Source: Patescibacteria group bacterium (lineage in GTDB: Bacteria > Patescibacteriota > Minisyncoccia > UBA6257 > 02-FULL-45-10c). Taken from it: a stretch of DNA of 60,897 nucleotides. Under the pieces are notes generated by a model. That model was not told where the DNA came from. It did no database searches and saw only the letters and a list, made by a program, of their open reading frames with translations. Of this stretch, positions 8,949-18,218 are shown one piece after another; the stretch's first letter is position 1; each line of letters starts with the position of its first letter. The position numbers were made by a program, and so were the translations under genes. The stretch lies in NCBI GenBank assembly GCA_018896875.1, contig JAHILT010000032.1:1-60897 (forward strand). Reading direction: 5' to 3'.

Positions 8949-9191
8949 ATGCAAAAAAAAGTTAAAATATATTCAACTCCTAGTTGTTTTTATTGTCAAA
9001 AAGCAAAAGAGTTTTTTAATAAAAATAATATTAATTACGAGGAGATTAATGTGTCCACTGATGAAAAGGGACGAGAGGAAATGATTAATAAAACTCACCA
9101 GATGGGTGTTCCTGTTATTGAGATTGGATCTGAGATAGTTATTGGTTTTGATAGAATGGTTCTAGAAGATCTTTTGGATTTAAAAAAATAA
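8949..9191 (+). CDS. glutaredoxin-like protein (NrdH/YruB type)
   Basis: 80 aa, KIYSTPSCFYCQKAKEFF with a CxxC motif and a GVPVI segment. Confidence 0.8.
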   Translation: MQKKVKIYSTPSCFYCQKAKEFFNKNNINYEEINVSTDEKGREEMINKTHQMGVPVIEIGSEIVIGFDRMVLEDLLDLKK

Positions 9192-9193
9192 AA

Positions 9194-10135
9194 ATGTACG
9201 ATCTTGTCATTATTGGTGGTGGCCCTGCAGGGATTTCTGCGGCTATTTACGCTTCTAGAAAAAAGATTAAATTTATTTTAATTACAGAAAGTTTTGGCGG
9301 ACAATCTTCTGTGGCTTCAGAAATTCAAAATTGGATAGGTACTAAATCTATCTCTGGTTTTGAATTGGCTAAAAAAATGGAAGAGCATTTAAGAGCGCAA
9401 GAGGATGTGGAAATTGAAGAAGGGTCATTAGTAGATAAAGTAGAGAAGATTGAAGGGCTAGCGTTGGGCTGGAAAGTTCATCTTCAGAATGGAAAAGATA
9501 TTGAAACAAAAACAATTTTAGTGGCTTCTGGAGGAAGAAGGAGAAGGCTAGATGTGGCTGGAGAAAAAGAGTTTGAAGGCAAAGGGGTGGTGTATTGTTC
9601 TACTTGCGATGCCCCGCTTTTTTCTAAAAAAGATGTAGCGATTGTTGGCGCTGGCAATGCTGCTTTAGGAGCCGTAAAAGATTTATTAAGTTATGCTAAT
9701 AAAATTTATCTCTTAATAAGAAGCGATAAGATTAAAGGAGATTCCATTCTTTTTGAAGATATCAAAAAAGACAAACGAGTAGAAATTTTAATGATGTCTG
9801 AAGTATCTGAAATTTTTGGCGAAGAATTTGTTGAAGGTTTAAAATATACAGATAAGGGAGAAAATCAAACTAAAGAATTAAAAATTTCTGGTGTTTTTGT
9901 AGAAATTGGATCTGTGCCAAATTCTGAATTTTTAGGCGACTTAGTAGATAAAAATAAATATAATGAAATTATTGTTGATTTTGGCACTCAAAAAACTTCT
10001 TGCGCTGGTATTTGGGCAGCTGGAGACGTGACTACTTTACCTTATAGGCAAAATAATATTTCGGCGGGAGATGGCATAAAAGCCTTATTAGATATTAATT
10101 TTAGTTTAAAAAATAAAACCCCCTCTCGTCCTTAA
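9194..10135 (+). CDS. trxB: thioredoxin-disulfide reductase family flavoprotein
   Basis: GGGPAG FAD motif, redox-active CSTCDA, GAGNAA NAD(P)H motif and C-terminal GIWAAGD. Confidence 0.85.
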   Translation: MYDLVIIGGGPAGISAAIYASRKKIKFILITESFGGQSSVASEIQNWIGTKSISGFELAKKMEEHLRAQEDVEIEEGSLVDKVEKIEGLALGWKVHLQNGKDIETKTILVASGGRRRRLDVAGEKEFEGKGVVYCSTCDAPLFSKKDVAIVGAGNAALGAVKDLLSYANKIYLLIRSDKIKGDSILFEDIKKDKRVEILMMSEVSEIFGEEFVEGLKYTDKGENQTKELKISGVFVEIGSVPNSEFLGDLVDKNKYNEIIVDFGTQKTSCAGIWAAGDVTTLPYRQNNISAGDGIKALLDINFSLKNKTPSRP

Positions 10136-10157
10136 AGAACGGAGGGGGTTGTTTCTG
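10119..10157 (+). terminator. intrinsic terminator overlapping the trxB stop
   Basis: CCCCCTC (10119-10125) pairs with GAGGGGG (10142-10148), followed by a T-rich tract. Confidence 0.6.
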
Positions 10158-10308
10158 TAAGAGTACTTCTTCGTAAGAGTACTTCTATACCTAGCCATGC
10201 TTAGCAAGAATTAATGTATGATTTTCTTTGCCACAACATGGGCATTTACCACGGTTTACTTCGGATTAGTTTTGCTGATTTCACTTCGATTAGTTACTAT
10301 TACTGTTA

Positions 10309-10590
10309 CTAGCAGGAGATTGTTATGTTTTTTTTTATCAAAACAGTTTGTGTTGTAGGAAATTCATATTTCATACACACCATTTTGATTTTATCGATAT
10401 ATTCTTTTTTAAAAGAATAATCGTCGGCAATTATTATTTCTATTTTTGGCCAAATTTGTTTTTCAGATTTGGATATAGAAATTACCCTTGCCTTGTCTAC
10501 GAACTCGAATGATTTAATGTCATCAATAATTTCTCGAGTTCCTGTTGATTCAATAATGGTTTTTTGATTAGCGTTGTTTCTGTCTTTCAT
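10309..10590 (-). CDS. hypothetical protein
   Basis: ORF 10309..10632. I prefer the ATG at 10590 (MKDRNN...), which is preceded by GGGAGGAG. No family recognised. Confidence 0.35.
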   Translation of the reverse strand: MKDRNNANQKTIIESTGTREIIDDIKSFEFVDKARVISISKSEKQIWPKIEIIIADDYSFKKEYIDKIKMVCMKYEFPTTQTVLIKKNITISC

Positions 10591-10665
10591 ATCTCCTCCC
10601 AGCATGATTATATTTTTTTTGTAAAAGGTCATTAATAGATGTTAATATAGTATATATTATAATAT

Positions 10666-10694
10666 TTGTCAACTCAGTGAATTTAAGATAAAAT
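10666..10694 (+). promoter_or_regulatory. sigma70-like promoter candidate
   Basis: TTGTCA, 17-nt spacer, TAAAAT; about 100 nt upstream of tRNA-Gln. Confidence 0.35.
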
Positions 10695-10792
10695 CAAAAA
10701 TATCAACCATTAATCATTTATTAATAGTTGTTAGTTGTTTGCTCTGGTGGTAAAATAAATAAAAAAATATCAGAGAACGCATCTAACACTAT

Positions 10793-10863
10793 TCCGAGAT
10801 CGTCTAATGGTAGGACGTCGCTCTCTGGAGGCGAAGATTGGGGTTCGACTCCCTGTCTCGGAA
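10793..10863 (+). tRNA. tRNA-Gln (anticodon CUG)
   Basis: Cloverleaf by hand: acceptor TCCGAGA/TCTCGGA (U1:A72), anticodon loop CTCTGGA, T-loop TTCGACT. No encoded CCA. Confidence 0.85.
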
Positions 10864-10895
10864 CAATTTATTTTAAATACGAAAAATAAATTAAA

Positions 10896-10992
10896 CCCCC
10901 GCACCTAATCAATTTGATAAATTATATTATAGAAAGTTTAAAAATTAATTAGGTGAGAGGGTAAATCTCCACACCTATACATAGGTGGGGGG
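10896..10992. repeat. two CCCCC(G/A)CACCTAAT-family hairpins
   Basis: CCCCCGCACCTAAT (10896-10909) pairs imperfectly with ATTAGGTGAGAGGG (10948-10961). A second hairpin lies at 10967-10992 (CCACACCTAT..ATAGGTGGGG). Confidence 0.6.
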
Positions 10993-11024
10993 TAAATATT
11001 ACTAAATAAAAAAATAAATTTATT

Positions 11025-11696
11025 ATGGATAATAATAATAATTCAGAAGTTAAAGAAAATTTAGAGTCACCAGATTGCTTTCTAAAATATCATCCAATAG
11101 TAGTTAAATTGAAAAAGATTTTTAATTTAAAAACAACAATTATAATCGCTTGTATTATTATAGTTGGTTCGTTTCTTTTTGCTTATAAAAATTTATTTAT
11201 CGTAGCGACAGTTGATGGTTATCCTATAAGTAGGCTTGCTATTATTAACAATCTTGAAGATAGGCTTGGCAAGGGCGTTTTGGAAGATTTTATCATTCAA
11301 AAAATTATTGACAAAGAGGCAGATAGAGAAGAAATCGTCGTAAGTGACGATGAAATTAATGCGGAAATAAAAAACATAGAGAATCAAATTGAAGCACAAG
11401 GAGGGACCTTAGACGAGGTGCTTTTACAAGAGAATATAACTCGTAGTATTTTTGCTGGGCAGATTTCTACTCAAAAGAAATTAGAGAAACTTCTTTTTGA
11501 TGATATACAAATTACTGATAGTGAGTTAGCGCAAGCTATTGAAGATAATAAAATTGAGATTCCAGAAGGAGAAGAAGAGAGCTATAGAGAACAAATAAAA
11601 ATACAACTTCAACAACAAAAATTAAATGTTGTAGCTGGTCAATTTATTGATTCTCTTCGAGCGCAGACATCCGTTCGTTATTTTATAAATTATTAG
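11025..11696 (+). CDS. membrane-anchored SurA-N-terminal-like chaperone domain protein
   Basis: N-terminal TM helix followed by an alpha-helical region (VATVDGYPISRLAIINNLEDRLG...) resembling SurA_N/PpiD-like proteins. No PPIase motif seen. Confidence 0.5.
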   Translation: MDNNNNSEVKENLESPDCFLKYHPIVVKLKKIFNLKTTIIIACIIIVGSFLFAYKNLFIVATVDGYPISRLAIINNLEDRLGKGVLEDFIIQKIIDKEADREEIVVSDDEINAEIKNIENQIEAQGGTLDEVLLQENITRSIFAGQISTQKKLEKLLFDDIQITDSELAQAIEDNKIEIPEGEEESYREQIKIQLQQQKLNVVAGQFIDSLRAQTSVRYFINY

Positions 11697-11808
11697 AAAG
11701 GTTTGCGATTAATTAATTAGTGTTTAGCACCTAGTTTTATCTTTTATCAATTTCTAAATTTTACATTGTCATTTTCCATTTTGAGATTTACATTTTACAT
11801 TTACTACT

Positions 11809-12573
11809 ATGGCTTATTTTAAAAATGAAGAAGTATTTAAAGAATCTTGCGGTTATGATGTTAATGGTATTTGGTATCCACGTGTTACAAAAATAATAGA
11901 CATCAAGTCCAAACCAGCACTTTATAAGTTTTATGGTGATTCTTCTAGTTATGAATCTGCTGTAAAAATGACAGAAAATTCTGCCGAAGAAGGAACCCTT
12001 ATACACGAAACAGTTGAAAAAATATTATTAGGAGAGAATGTAGAAGTTCCCGAAAAGATAAAGCCGTCTATAGACGCCTTTATAGATCTTCTTGAAAAAA
12101 CAGATATTCTTACTGAGAAAGGAATGACAGAAAGAAGAATAGCTCATCCAATTTACAAGTACGCTGGCACGATTGATGCTATGGCTTCAATTAATGGGAG
12201 GCTAGGAGTTTTAGATGTTAAAACTTCCCAATCAATTTATAGAGATTATAATCTTCAAACTTCAGCTTATATGGAAGCCTTGATAAGCGAAGTTCCAACA
12301 TTGGAAACGAGATGGATTTTAAGAATAGATCAGACTAAAAAATGTTTTCGTTGCGGAGCTACCTTAAGACCTAAGGGCGGAAGGAATAAGATTAGAAAAG
12401 GCATAGAGCCACTATGTATAAACGACGATCACGAATGGTCTGATTTAACTGGAGTAGCAGAGTTACAAGAATTTCCTTTTTGGAAAACAGATTTTCAAGC
12501 TTTCTTAGCGGCTAAAAAACTTTGGGAATGGGAAAATAGTTATTGGTTAAGGAAAATAGGATATTATAAATAG
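11809..12573 (+). CDS. PD-(D/E)XK nuclease superfamily protein (RecB/Cas4-like fold) with a Cys/His insertion
   Basis: GTLIHE..., then GTIDAM...LDVKTS (D...D/ExK) and QTSAY (QxxxY) motifs. A CFRC...C.....H cluster follows the core. Confidence 0.6.
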   Translation: MAYFKNEEVFKESCGYDVNGIWYPRVTKIIDIKSKPALYKFYGDSSSYESAVKMTENSAEEGTLIHETVEKILLGENVEVPEKIKPSIDAFIDLLEKTDILTEKGMTERRIAHPIYKYAGTIDAMASINGRLGVLDVKTSQSIYRDYNLQTSAYMEALISEVPTLETRWILRIDQTKKCFRCGATLRPKGGRNKIRKGIEPLCINDDHEWSDLTGVAELQEFPFWKTDFQAFLAAKKLWEWENSYWLRKIGYYK

Positions 12574-12574
12574 T

Positions 12575-12719
12575 AATTAGCGACTAGCAGTTAGTTGTTT
12601 TTCTGTCGTTTTTGTTATAAATTAAGAATAGAAAAAATAGTCACTAGCCATTAGTAATTAGTTGGGAAAAATATTTAAAATTTTCTTAAACTAATCCTGC
12701 TAACTTCTAGTCGCTAATT
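12575..12719. repeat. 145-bp hairpin element with 20-bp terminal inverted repeats (ATTAGCGACTAG family)
   Basis: AATTAGCGACTAGCAGTTAG (12575-12594) against CTAACTTCTAGTCGCTAATT (12700-12719), 19/20 complementary. Begins 2 nt after the TAG stop at 12571-12573. Confidence 0.75.
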
Positions 12720-12729
12720 CACTATTTTT

Positions 12730-12800
12730 GCCCTCATAGCTTAATGGTAAAGCAGTTGCCTCTTAAGCAATTGACCATGGTTCGATTCCATGTGGGGGCA
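12730..12800 (+). tRNA. tRNA-Lys (anticodon CUU)
   Basis: Acceptor GCCCTCA/TGGGGGC, anticodon loop CTCTTAA, T-loop TTCGATT. No CCA. Confidence 0.85.
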
Positions 12801-12919
12801 CAATTTTAATAGAATACTTATACACCAAAAGGCAACGGAGCTTGTTTTTTCTTTGTGGTAGAATTAAATTATTAAAGGTATAATTATATAGTCGCAATAA
12901 ATATAAAAAACATCATGGT

Positions 12920-13210
12920 ATGAATAAAAAAATAACAATATTAATTTTGATAGTATTAGTCATAGGGTTGGCTATGGGAGGGTATTATTTTTGGAAGAAT
13001 AGAGTGTCCGTTGAAACACCAGAGACAAAAGTTGTAAATGAATTACAAGAAGTAACCGAGTCTATTACAGAAAGCGTGGTTCAGGGTTCTACCATCCCTA
13101 GTCTAGGCGATACAACAAAAGTAACGAATCCTTTGGAAAACGTACAAGATACGAATCCATATAGCAATACCAATCCTTTTTCAGATATAAAGGTCAATCC
13201 GTTTGAATAG
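12920..13210 (+). CDS. small membrane-anchored or secreted hypothetical protein
   Basis: 96 aa with an N-terminal TM helix (ILILIVLVIGLAMGGYYFW) and a low-complexity tail. Confidence 0.45.
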   Translation: MNKKITILILIVLVIGLAMGGYYFWKNRVSVETPETKVVNELQEVTESITESVVQGSTIPSLGDTTKVTNPLENVQDTNPYSNTNPFSDIKVNPFE

Positions 13211-13289
13211 TATACGTATATGTAAAAAAATATAATTAAAAAACCTGTCTTTGTTAAAACTATGGCGGGTACAGTAAAAATATAAATAC

Positions 13290-15749
13290 ATGAATTATAA
13301 AAATATTTTAAGTTTTTCAATATTAGCTTCAGCCATAATAATCTCTGGCGTTGTGGCGAGTTCAGCGTTGGCGCAAATAAATCCTTTTGATATTCAATTT
13401 CCGATAGAAGAATTAGGTAATTGTACGAGCATGGAAAATTGCAAAATTTATTGCGATAAGTCGCAAAATTCCGATGCTTGTTTTGCTTATGCTGAGAAAA
13501 ACAACTTAATGCCTAAAGAAGAAATAGAGATGGCTAAAAAGTTTAAAGATGTGGGAATGATTGGACCGGGAGGATGCAAGGGACAGACTGAATGTGATAA
13601 GTATTGTGACAACTCAAATAATATAGAGGAGTGTATGGCTTTTGCAATAGAGAATGGAATGATGGATACGAAAAAACAAGAAGAATCTAAAAAAATTTTA
13701 GCAGCGATTAAGAGAGGTGTAAAAATGCCAGCTTGTAATGGACAGAAAGAATGTGACGCGTATTGTTCAAGCTCGGAACATATGGAAGAATGTATGAATT
13801 TTTCTATTGAGGCTGGGATAATGGATCCACAAAAACTGGAAGAATCAAAGAAGGTTTTGGCGGCAATTAAGCGAGGTGTAAAAATGCCAGCTTGTAATGG
13901 ACAGAAAGAATGTGACGCGTATTGTTCAAGCTCGGAACATATGGAAGAATGTATGATTTTTACGTTGGAAGCTGGGCTTATGCCTGATGAAGACAAAGAA
14001 GGTGCGTCAAAAATGCTTACTGCTTTAAAAAAAGGAGTTAATCCTCCAGCATGTCGTGGAGAAAAAGAGTGTGATATTTATTGTTCTCAAGAAGAACATG
14101 TTGATGAATGTGTTAATTTTGCAGAAGCTGCTGGCTTTATGACTAAAGAAGAAGCTGAGATGACACGCAAAACAAGAGGCAGGGGTCCTGGTGGATGCAC
14201 TAACCCAGAAGAATGCGATGTTTTTTGTAGTAATCCTGATAACCAAGAAATTTGTTTTGAATTTGGCAAGGAAAACGGCATGATTTCAGAAAAAGATTTG
14301 GGAAGAATGGATGACGGCAGACAGAGAATGAAAGAATCTTTAGCTCAGGCTCCAGCGGAAATTATAAATTGTCTTAGTTCTAGTTTGGGCATAGCTACAT
14401 TGGAAAAATTAAAAGCAGGGACAGGTATGCTTACTCCAAAAACGGGCGAGGCGATGGATAAGTGTTTCAGACAATTTGCTCCTCAAGGAATGATGCCGGA
14501 TAGACAAGGAGAACCAGGAATGATTGGGGGAGAGATGCCCGCTGATCTTAAAGATTGCATTAGAGACCAAATTGGCGAAGATGGCTTAAATAAAATTCAA
14601 ATAGGACAAATGAATGACCCAGCTTTAATGGAAAAAGCTAGTCCATGTTTTGAAAAATTTGGGCAACAAGATCAACAAGGACAACCTGAACAGATGGGGA
14701 TATTTAATAAAGTAAAAGATTTCGGAAACAATGTAATTGATAGATTTAAGCCTGATGAGAAAGGTGGACAAGATCAACAGGGTCAGCCTGGGCAAATGGG
14801 AATGCCTGATTTTGAAAATATGCCAGCCGAGTTAAAAAGTTGCCTCGAATTAACTTTAGGGGCAGATATTATTGTTAAATTTAAAAACCAAGAAGTTAGA
14901 AATGAAGATATGGAGTTATTAATGGAAAAAGCAAAACCATGTTTTGAAAAGTTTGCTCCGTCGATGGAAGGTTCTCAAATGGAATTTCCTCAAAAAATTC
15001 AGACAGAAACAAGAATGATGGAAGAAGAAAGAACGCAGATGCAGATGAAGATAGAATCAATGCCTTCGCAAGGGACAATAACGTCTCAAGAAATGATAAT
15101 GTCTCAAGAAATGATTGATTGTTTAAGGGCCGAAGTAGGAGAAGAATTAGCTAATAAGATTAAAAGTGGCGCTTTTGAGCTTACTGCTGAAACAGGAGAA
15201 AAAGCTAAAAAATGTTTTGAAAAATTTGATATACGAGTAGATACTCCTCAAATGGATATTAGACAACAAGATAATCAAATTGCTCCTACTCAGCAAATAG
15301 ATATGATGAAAAACGAGGTAATGGAGAAAGAAATGTATGAAAAGAAAATGATGGAAGGAACACAAACGGAAATGATGAAGAATGAAGTGATGGAAAGAGA
15401 GATAATTATGGAGAAAAAAGAGATGAATATGGAAGGAGTATACAAGGCACAGGATGGAGGTGTTAATTTTAATACCGCAGAAGAGAAGGAAATGTATGAA
15501 AGAAAAATGACGGAAGGAATGCAGGACGGGACTATGCCTTATCAATATTCACCAACAGAAACGCAACAATTTGACCCTAATGCTCAGCCAATGGATATGA
15601 TACAGGATGGGACTATGCCTCCTTTATATCCAAATTCAACGGATATGCAACAATTTGATCCTAGTATTGAACCGCAGATAGCTCCTCCAGCACCAAGTAG
15701 TTTTTTAGAAAGGCTTATGGGGAATGTTTTGGGAATTTTGAGTAGATAA
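13290..15749 (+). CDS. secreted modular cysteine-patterned protein with a Met/Gln/Glu-rich C-terminal half
   Basis: Signal peptide (ASSALA/QI). Six modules C-x5,6-C-x3-C-x8-C, each followed by (F/M)A.E.G(M/I)M. Four modules C-x32-34-CF(E/R)(K/Q)F. Then Met-rich repeats. Confidence 0.85.
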   Translation: MNYKNILSFSILASAIIISGVVASSALAQINPFDIQFPIEELGNCTSMENCKIYCDKSQNSDACFAYAEKNNLMPKEEIEMAKKFKDVGMIGPGGCKGQTECDKYCDNSNNIEECMAFAIENGMMDTKKQEESKKILAAIKRGVKMPACNGQKECDAYCSSSEHMEECMNFSIEAGIMDPQKLEESKKVLAAIKRGVKMPACNGQKECDAYCSSSEHMEECMIFTLEAGLMPDEDKEGASKMLTALKKGVNPPACRGEKECDIYCSQEEHVDECVNFAEAAGFMTKEEAEMTRKTRGRGPGGCTNPEECDVFCSNPDNQEICFEFGKENGMISEKDLGRMDDGRQRMKESLAQAPAEIINCLSSSLGIATLEKLKAGTGMLTPKTGEAMDKCFRQFAPQGMMPDRQGEPGMIGGEMPADLKDCIRDQIGEDGLNKIQIGQMNDPALMEKASPCFEKFGQQDQQGQPEQMGIFNKVKDFGNNVIDRFKPDEKGGQDQQGQPGQMGMPDFENMPAELKSCLELTLGADIIVKFKNQEVRNEDMELLMEKAKPCFEKFAPSMEGSQMEFPQKIQTETRMMEEERTQMQMKIESMPSQGTITSQEMIMSQEMIDCLRAEVGEELANKIKSGAFELTAETGEKAKKCFEKFDIRVDTPQMDIRQQDNQIAPTQQIDMMKNEVMEKEMYEKKMMEGTQTEMMKNEVMEREIIMEKKEMNMEGVYKAQDGGVNFNTAEEKEMYERKMTEGMQDGTMPYQYSPTETQQFDPNAQPMDMIQDGTMPPLYPNSTDMQQFDPSIEPQIAPPAPSSFLERLMGNVLGILSR
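13716..13797 (+). repeat. 82-bp exact intragenic duplication, copy 1
   Basis: Identical to 13875-13956 (offset 159 bp, 53 codons). Encodes GVKMPACNGQKECDAYCSSSEHMEECM. Confidence 0.9.
13875..13956 (+). repeat. 82-bp exact intragenic duplication, copy 2
   Basis: See 13716-13797. Confidence 0.9.
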
Positions 15750-15759
15750 GCGTGATATT

Positions 15760-15795
15760 AAAAAACACTGTAGCTTTATAGTTATAGTGTTTTTT
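15760..15795. terminator. A/T-flanked hairpin, possibly a bidirectional terminator
   Basis: AAAAAACACT (15760-15769) pairs with AGTGTTTTTT (15786-15795), between a + CDS and the - strand tRNA-Arg. Confidence 0.5.
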
Positions 15796-15801
15796 ATTTT
15801 G

Positions 15802-15873
15802 TGCCCCTGGAGAGAATCGAACTCCCATCGCCTGGTTCGAAGCCAGACATCCTATCCGTTGGAAGACAGGGGC
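15802..15873 (-). tRNA. tRNA-Arg (anticodon UCG)
   Basis: Reverse complement folds: acceptor GCCCCTG/CAGGGGC, anticodon loop CTTCGAA, T-arm GGGAG-TTCGATT-CTCTC. No CCA. Confidence 0.8.
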
Positions 15874-15935
15874 GTGAACTTTATTTTAGTTTATAATTTA
15901 CTATTTATACTTTATACTTAAATTATATTCTATAT

Positions 15936-17408
15936 ATGCCAAATATAAAAGAATTAGAAAAACCAGAAATTAAAAAAATATCACAAGCTTTATTAGAAGC
16001 CGGTTTTGAAGTTTGTTTGGTAGGTGGTTGTGTGAGAGATATTCTTTCAAACAAAGAACCAAAAGACTGGGATATAGCTACTAATGCTAAACCAGAAGAG
16101 ACTCAAAAAATTTTCTCGGATAGTGTTTATGAAAATTCTTTTGGTACAGTAGCAGTAAAAACAAGATCTGACGACCCTAAGTTTAAAATAATAGAAATTA
16201 CTACTTACCGTTCAGAAGGAAAATATACAGACAAAAGACATCCTGATGAAGTGAAATTTACTAAAACTATTAATGAGGATTTAGCACGAAGAGATTTTAC
16301 TATAAATGCTATAGCATTAAAAATGGATTTAGATAACCCATTTGAATTAATTGATCCTTTTAGAGGAACACAAGATATTGACAAGAAAATTATTAGAGCG
16401 GTTGGTAATCCGGACGAGCGTTTTAAAGAAGACGCTTTAAGATTAATGCGTGCTATTAGGTTTAGGGCTCAGCTTGATTTTAATATAGAGAAAGAAACCG
16501 AAGAATCTATAAAAAAACATGCCAGTCTTTTAGAGCTTGTTTCAAAAGAAAGAATACGTGATGAATTTTCTAAGATGTTAATGACTAATAAAGCAACCGA
16601 GGGGATAGAAAAGATGCAAGAACTTGGAATTTTAAAATACGTTATTCCTGAACTTGTGGAAGGTATTGGCGTTTCACAAAATAAGCATCATATTTTTACT
16701 GTTTTTGAACATAATTTAAAATCATTAGGTTATGCTGTTGCGAAAAATTTTATTTTAGAAATCAGATTAGCAGCTTTGCTTCACGATGTGGGCAAGGCGA
16801 AAAGCAAGAGAGGAGAGGGTGAAGATGCTACTTTCTACGGACATCAGGTTATTGGCGCTAGAATGGCAGAAAAAATTTTAGATAGACTACATTTTTCTAA
16901 GGTTATTATAAAAAAAGTCGTTTTGCTTATTCGTGAACATATGTTTGTTTACGACCCAGAAGCAGTTACTGACGCAGGCGCAAGACGTTTATTAAGAAGA
17001 GTTGGGAAAGAAAATATAGATGATTTATTTTTATTGCGTGAAGCGGATAGAATTGGCTCTGGTGTTCCGAAGGCTCAGCCTTATCGCTTAAGGCATTTGA
17101 AATTCAGAATTGAAAAAGTTAGTAAGGATCCTATTAGCGCTAAAATGTTACAAGTTGATGGAACTGATATAATGCGTGAGCTTAATATGAAGCCAAGCCC
17201 TAGGATAGGTTATATATTATCAGTTCTTCTTGAGGAAGTTTTAGATGATCCATCCTTAAACACTAAAGATTATTTAATAAATAAAATAAAACAATTAAAT
17301 AATTTGAAAGATGAACAATTAGCAGAAATGTCTAAATTTGCTAAAAAATCTGCTGACGAAGCACAGACAAAAACTGAAGAAGAAATTAAAAAGAAGTATT
17401 TCGTATAA
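15936..17408 (+). CDS. cca: CCA-adding tRNA nucleotidyltransferase with C-terminal HD domain
   Basis: GGCVRD...DWD head-domain motifs, RRDFTINA, and an HD region LLHDVGK. Confidence 0.9.
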   Translation: MPNIKELEKPEIKKISQALLEAGFEVCLVGGCVRDILSNKEPKDWDIATNAKPEETQKIFSDSVYENSFGTVAVKTRSDDPKFKIIEITTYRSEGKYTDKRHPDEVKFTKTINEDLARRDFTINAIALKMDLDNPFELIDPFRGTQDIDKKIIRAVGNPDERFKEDALRLMRAIRFRAQLDFNIEKETEESIKKHASLLELVSKERIRDEFSKMLMTNKATEGIEKMQELGILKYVIPELVEGIGVSQNKHHIFTVFEHNLKSLGYAVAKNFILEIRLAALLHDVGKAKSKRGEGEDATFYGHQVIGARMAEKILDRLHFSKVIIKKVVLLIREHMFVYDPEAVTDAGARRLLRRVGKENIDDLFLLREADRIGSGVPKAQPYRLRHLKFRIEKVSKDPISAKMLQVDGTDIMRELNMKPSPRIGYILSVLLEEVLDDPSLNTKDYLINKIKQLNNLKDEQLAEMSKFAKKSADEAQTKTEEEIKKKYFV

Positions 17409-17418
17409 ATATTTTGTA

Positions 17419-18171
17419 TTATACTGTGGTTTTTTTGTAGATTTCCATAAGATTTAATCCTGCAAAAAGTATTTCTATAAGTATCAAAGAATTTCCGATA
17501 GTTATTAAAACGGGAGTATTCAAGACTAATGCTAATAATAAAAATCCATAACCTAGTGCCCAAAAGAAAAATTGCAAGCGACCAATAACAGATGCTTGTA
17601 AATCGTCTAAAGAAAAATTTTCGATTAGCACTTTTGTTTCTTCATCAGATATTTTTTTAAGATAACGCAGTATAAAATCTTTTAAAGTTACCCATAAAAT
17701 TAAAAGTTGCAACGCCCAAATAACAATTATTATTTCTAAGCTTAAAAGACTGTAAGAATAAAGCAGATAAGTTGCCCATGCTACTAAAAACATATCTCTA
17801 ATGTGATCCAGCCACGTGCCTTTTATAGTGACATTATCGTTATTTCTAGCAGTAGGTCCGTCAATGGCGTCGCTAATGCCAGCTAAAGTTAAAATTATTA
17901 ATTGCCATTTGATATTATAATTTGAAAAATGCATCCATATACCGCCAAAAATAAGAACAAAGCCAACATAAGTTATGTGGTTAGCTGTTAGCCCAACTTT
18001 ATAAAATAAATTAGTAAGAGGCTTCATCAAAAAATCTCGCCAATTTTTTTCTAATGCTGTTAAATAATCATCTTTTCTTTTGATGACTATTTTTTTAATT
18101 TTTTGACGTCCTTCTCTGCCCTTTTCTTTAATTTTTTGTATACTTTCTTTGATTATGCGTTGTTTTTTCAT
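17419..18171 (-). CDS. CDP-alcohol phosphatidyltransferase family protein
   Basis: Signature DAIDGPTARNNDNVTIKGTWLDHIRD (D-x2-DG-x2-AR...G-x3-D-x3-D) in a multi-TM protein. Confidence 0.8.
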   Translation of the reverse strand: MKKQRIIKESIQKIKEKGREGRQKIKKIVIKRKDDYLTALEKNWRDFLMKPLTNLFYKVGLTANHITYVGFVLIFGGIWMHFSNYNIKWQLIILTLAGISDAIDGPTARNNDNVTIKGTWLDHIRDMFLVAWATYLLYSYSLLSLEIIIVIWALQLLILWVTLKDFILRYLKKISDEETKVLIENFSLDDLQASVIGRLQFFFWALGYGFLLLALVLNTPVLITIGNSLILIEILFAGLNLMEIYKKTTV

Positions 18172-18218
18172 ATAACTATATATTAGTATTATAACATTAC
18201 TAATGTTAACTTAATTAA

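Noticed and set aside
13487-15545. Long antisense ORFs within the Cys-module protein gene (13487..13996, 14025..14281, 14896..15078, 15147..15545)
   Set aside because: They mirror the internal repeats of the sense gene and are low-complexity. The sense strand has a signal peptide and a coherent module architecture.
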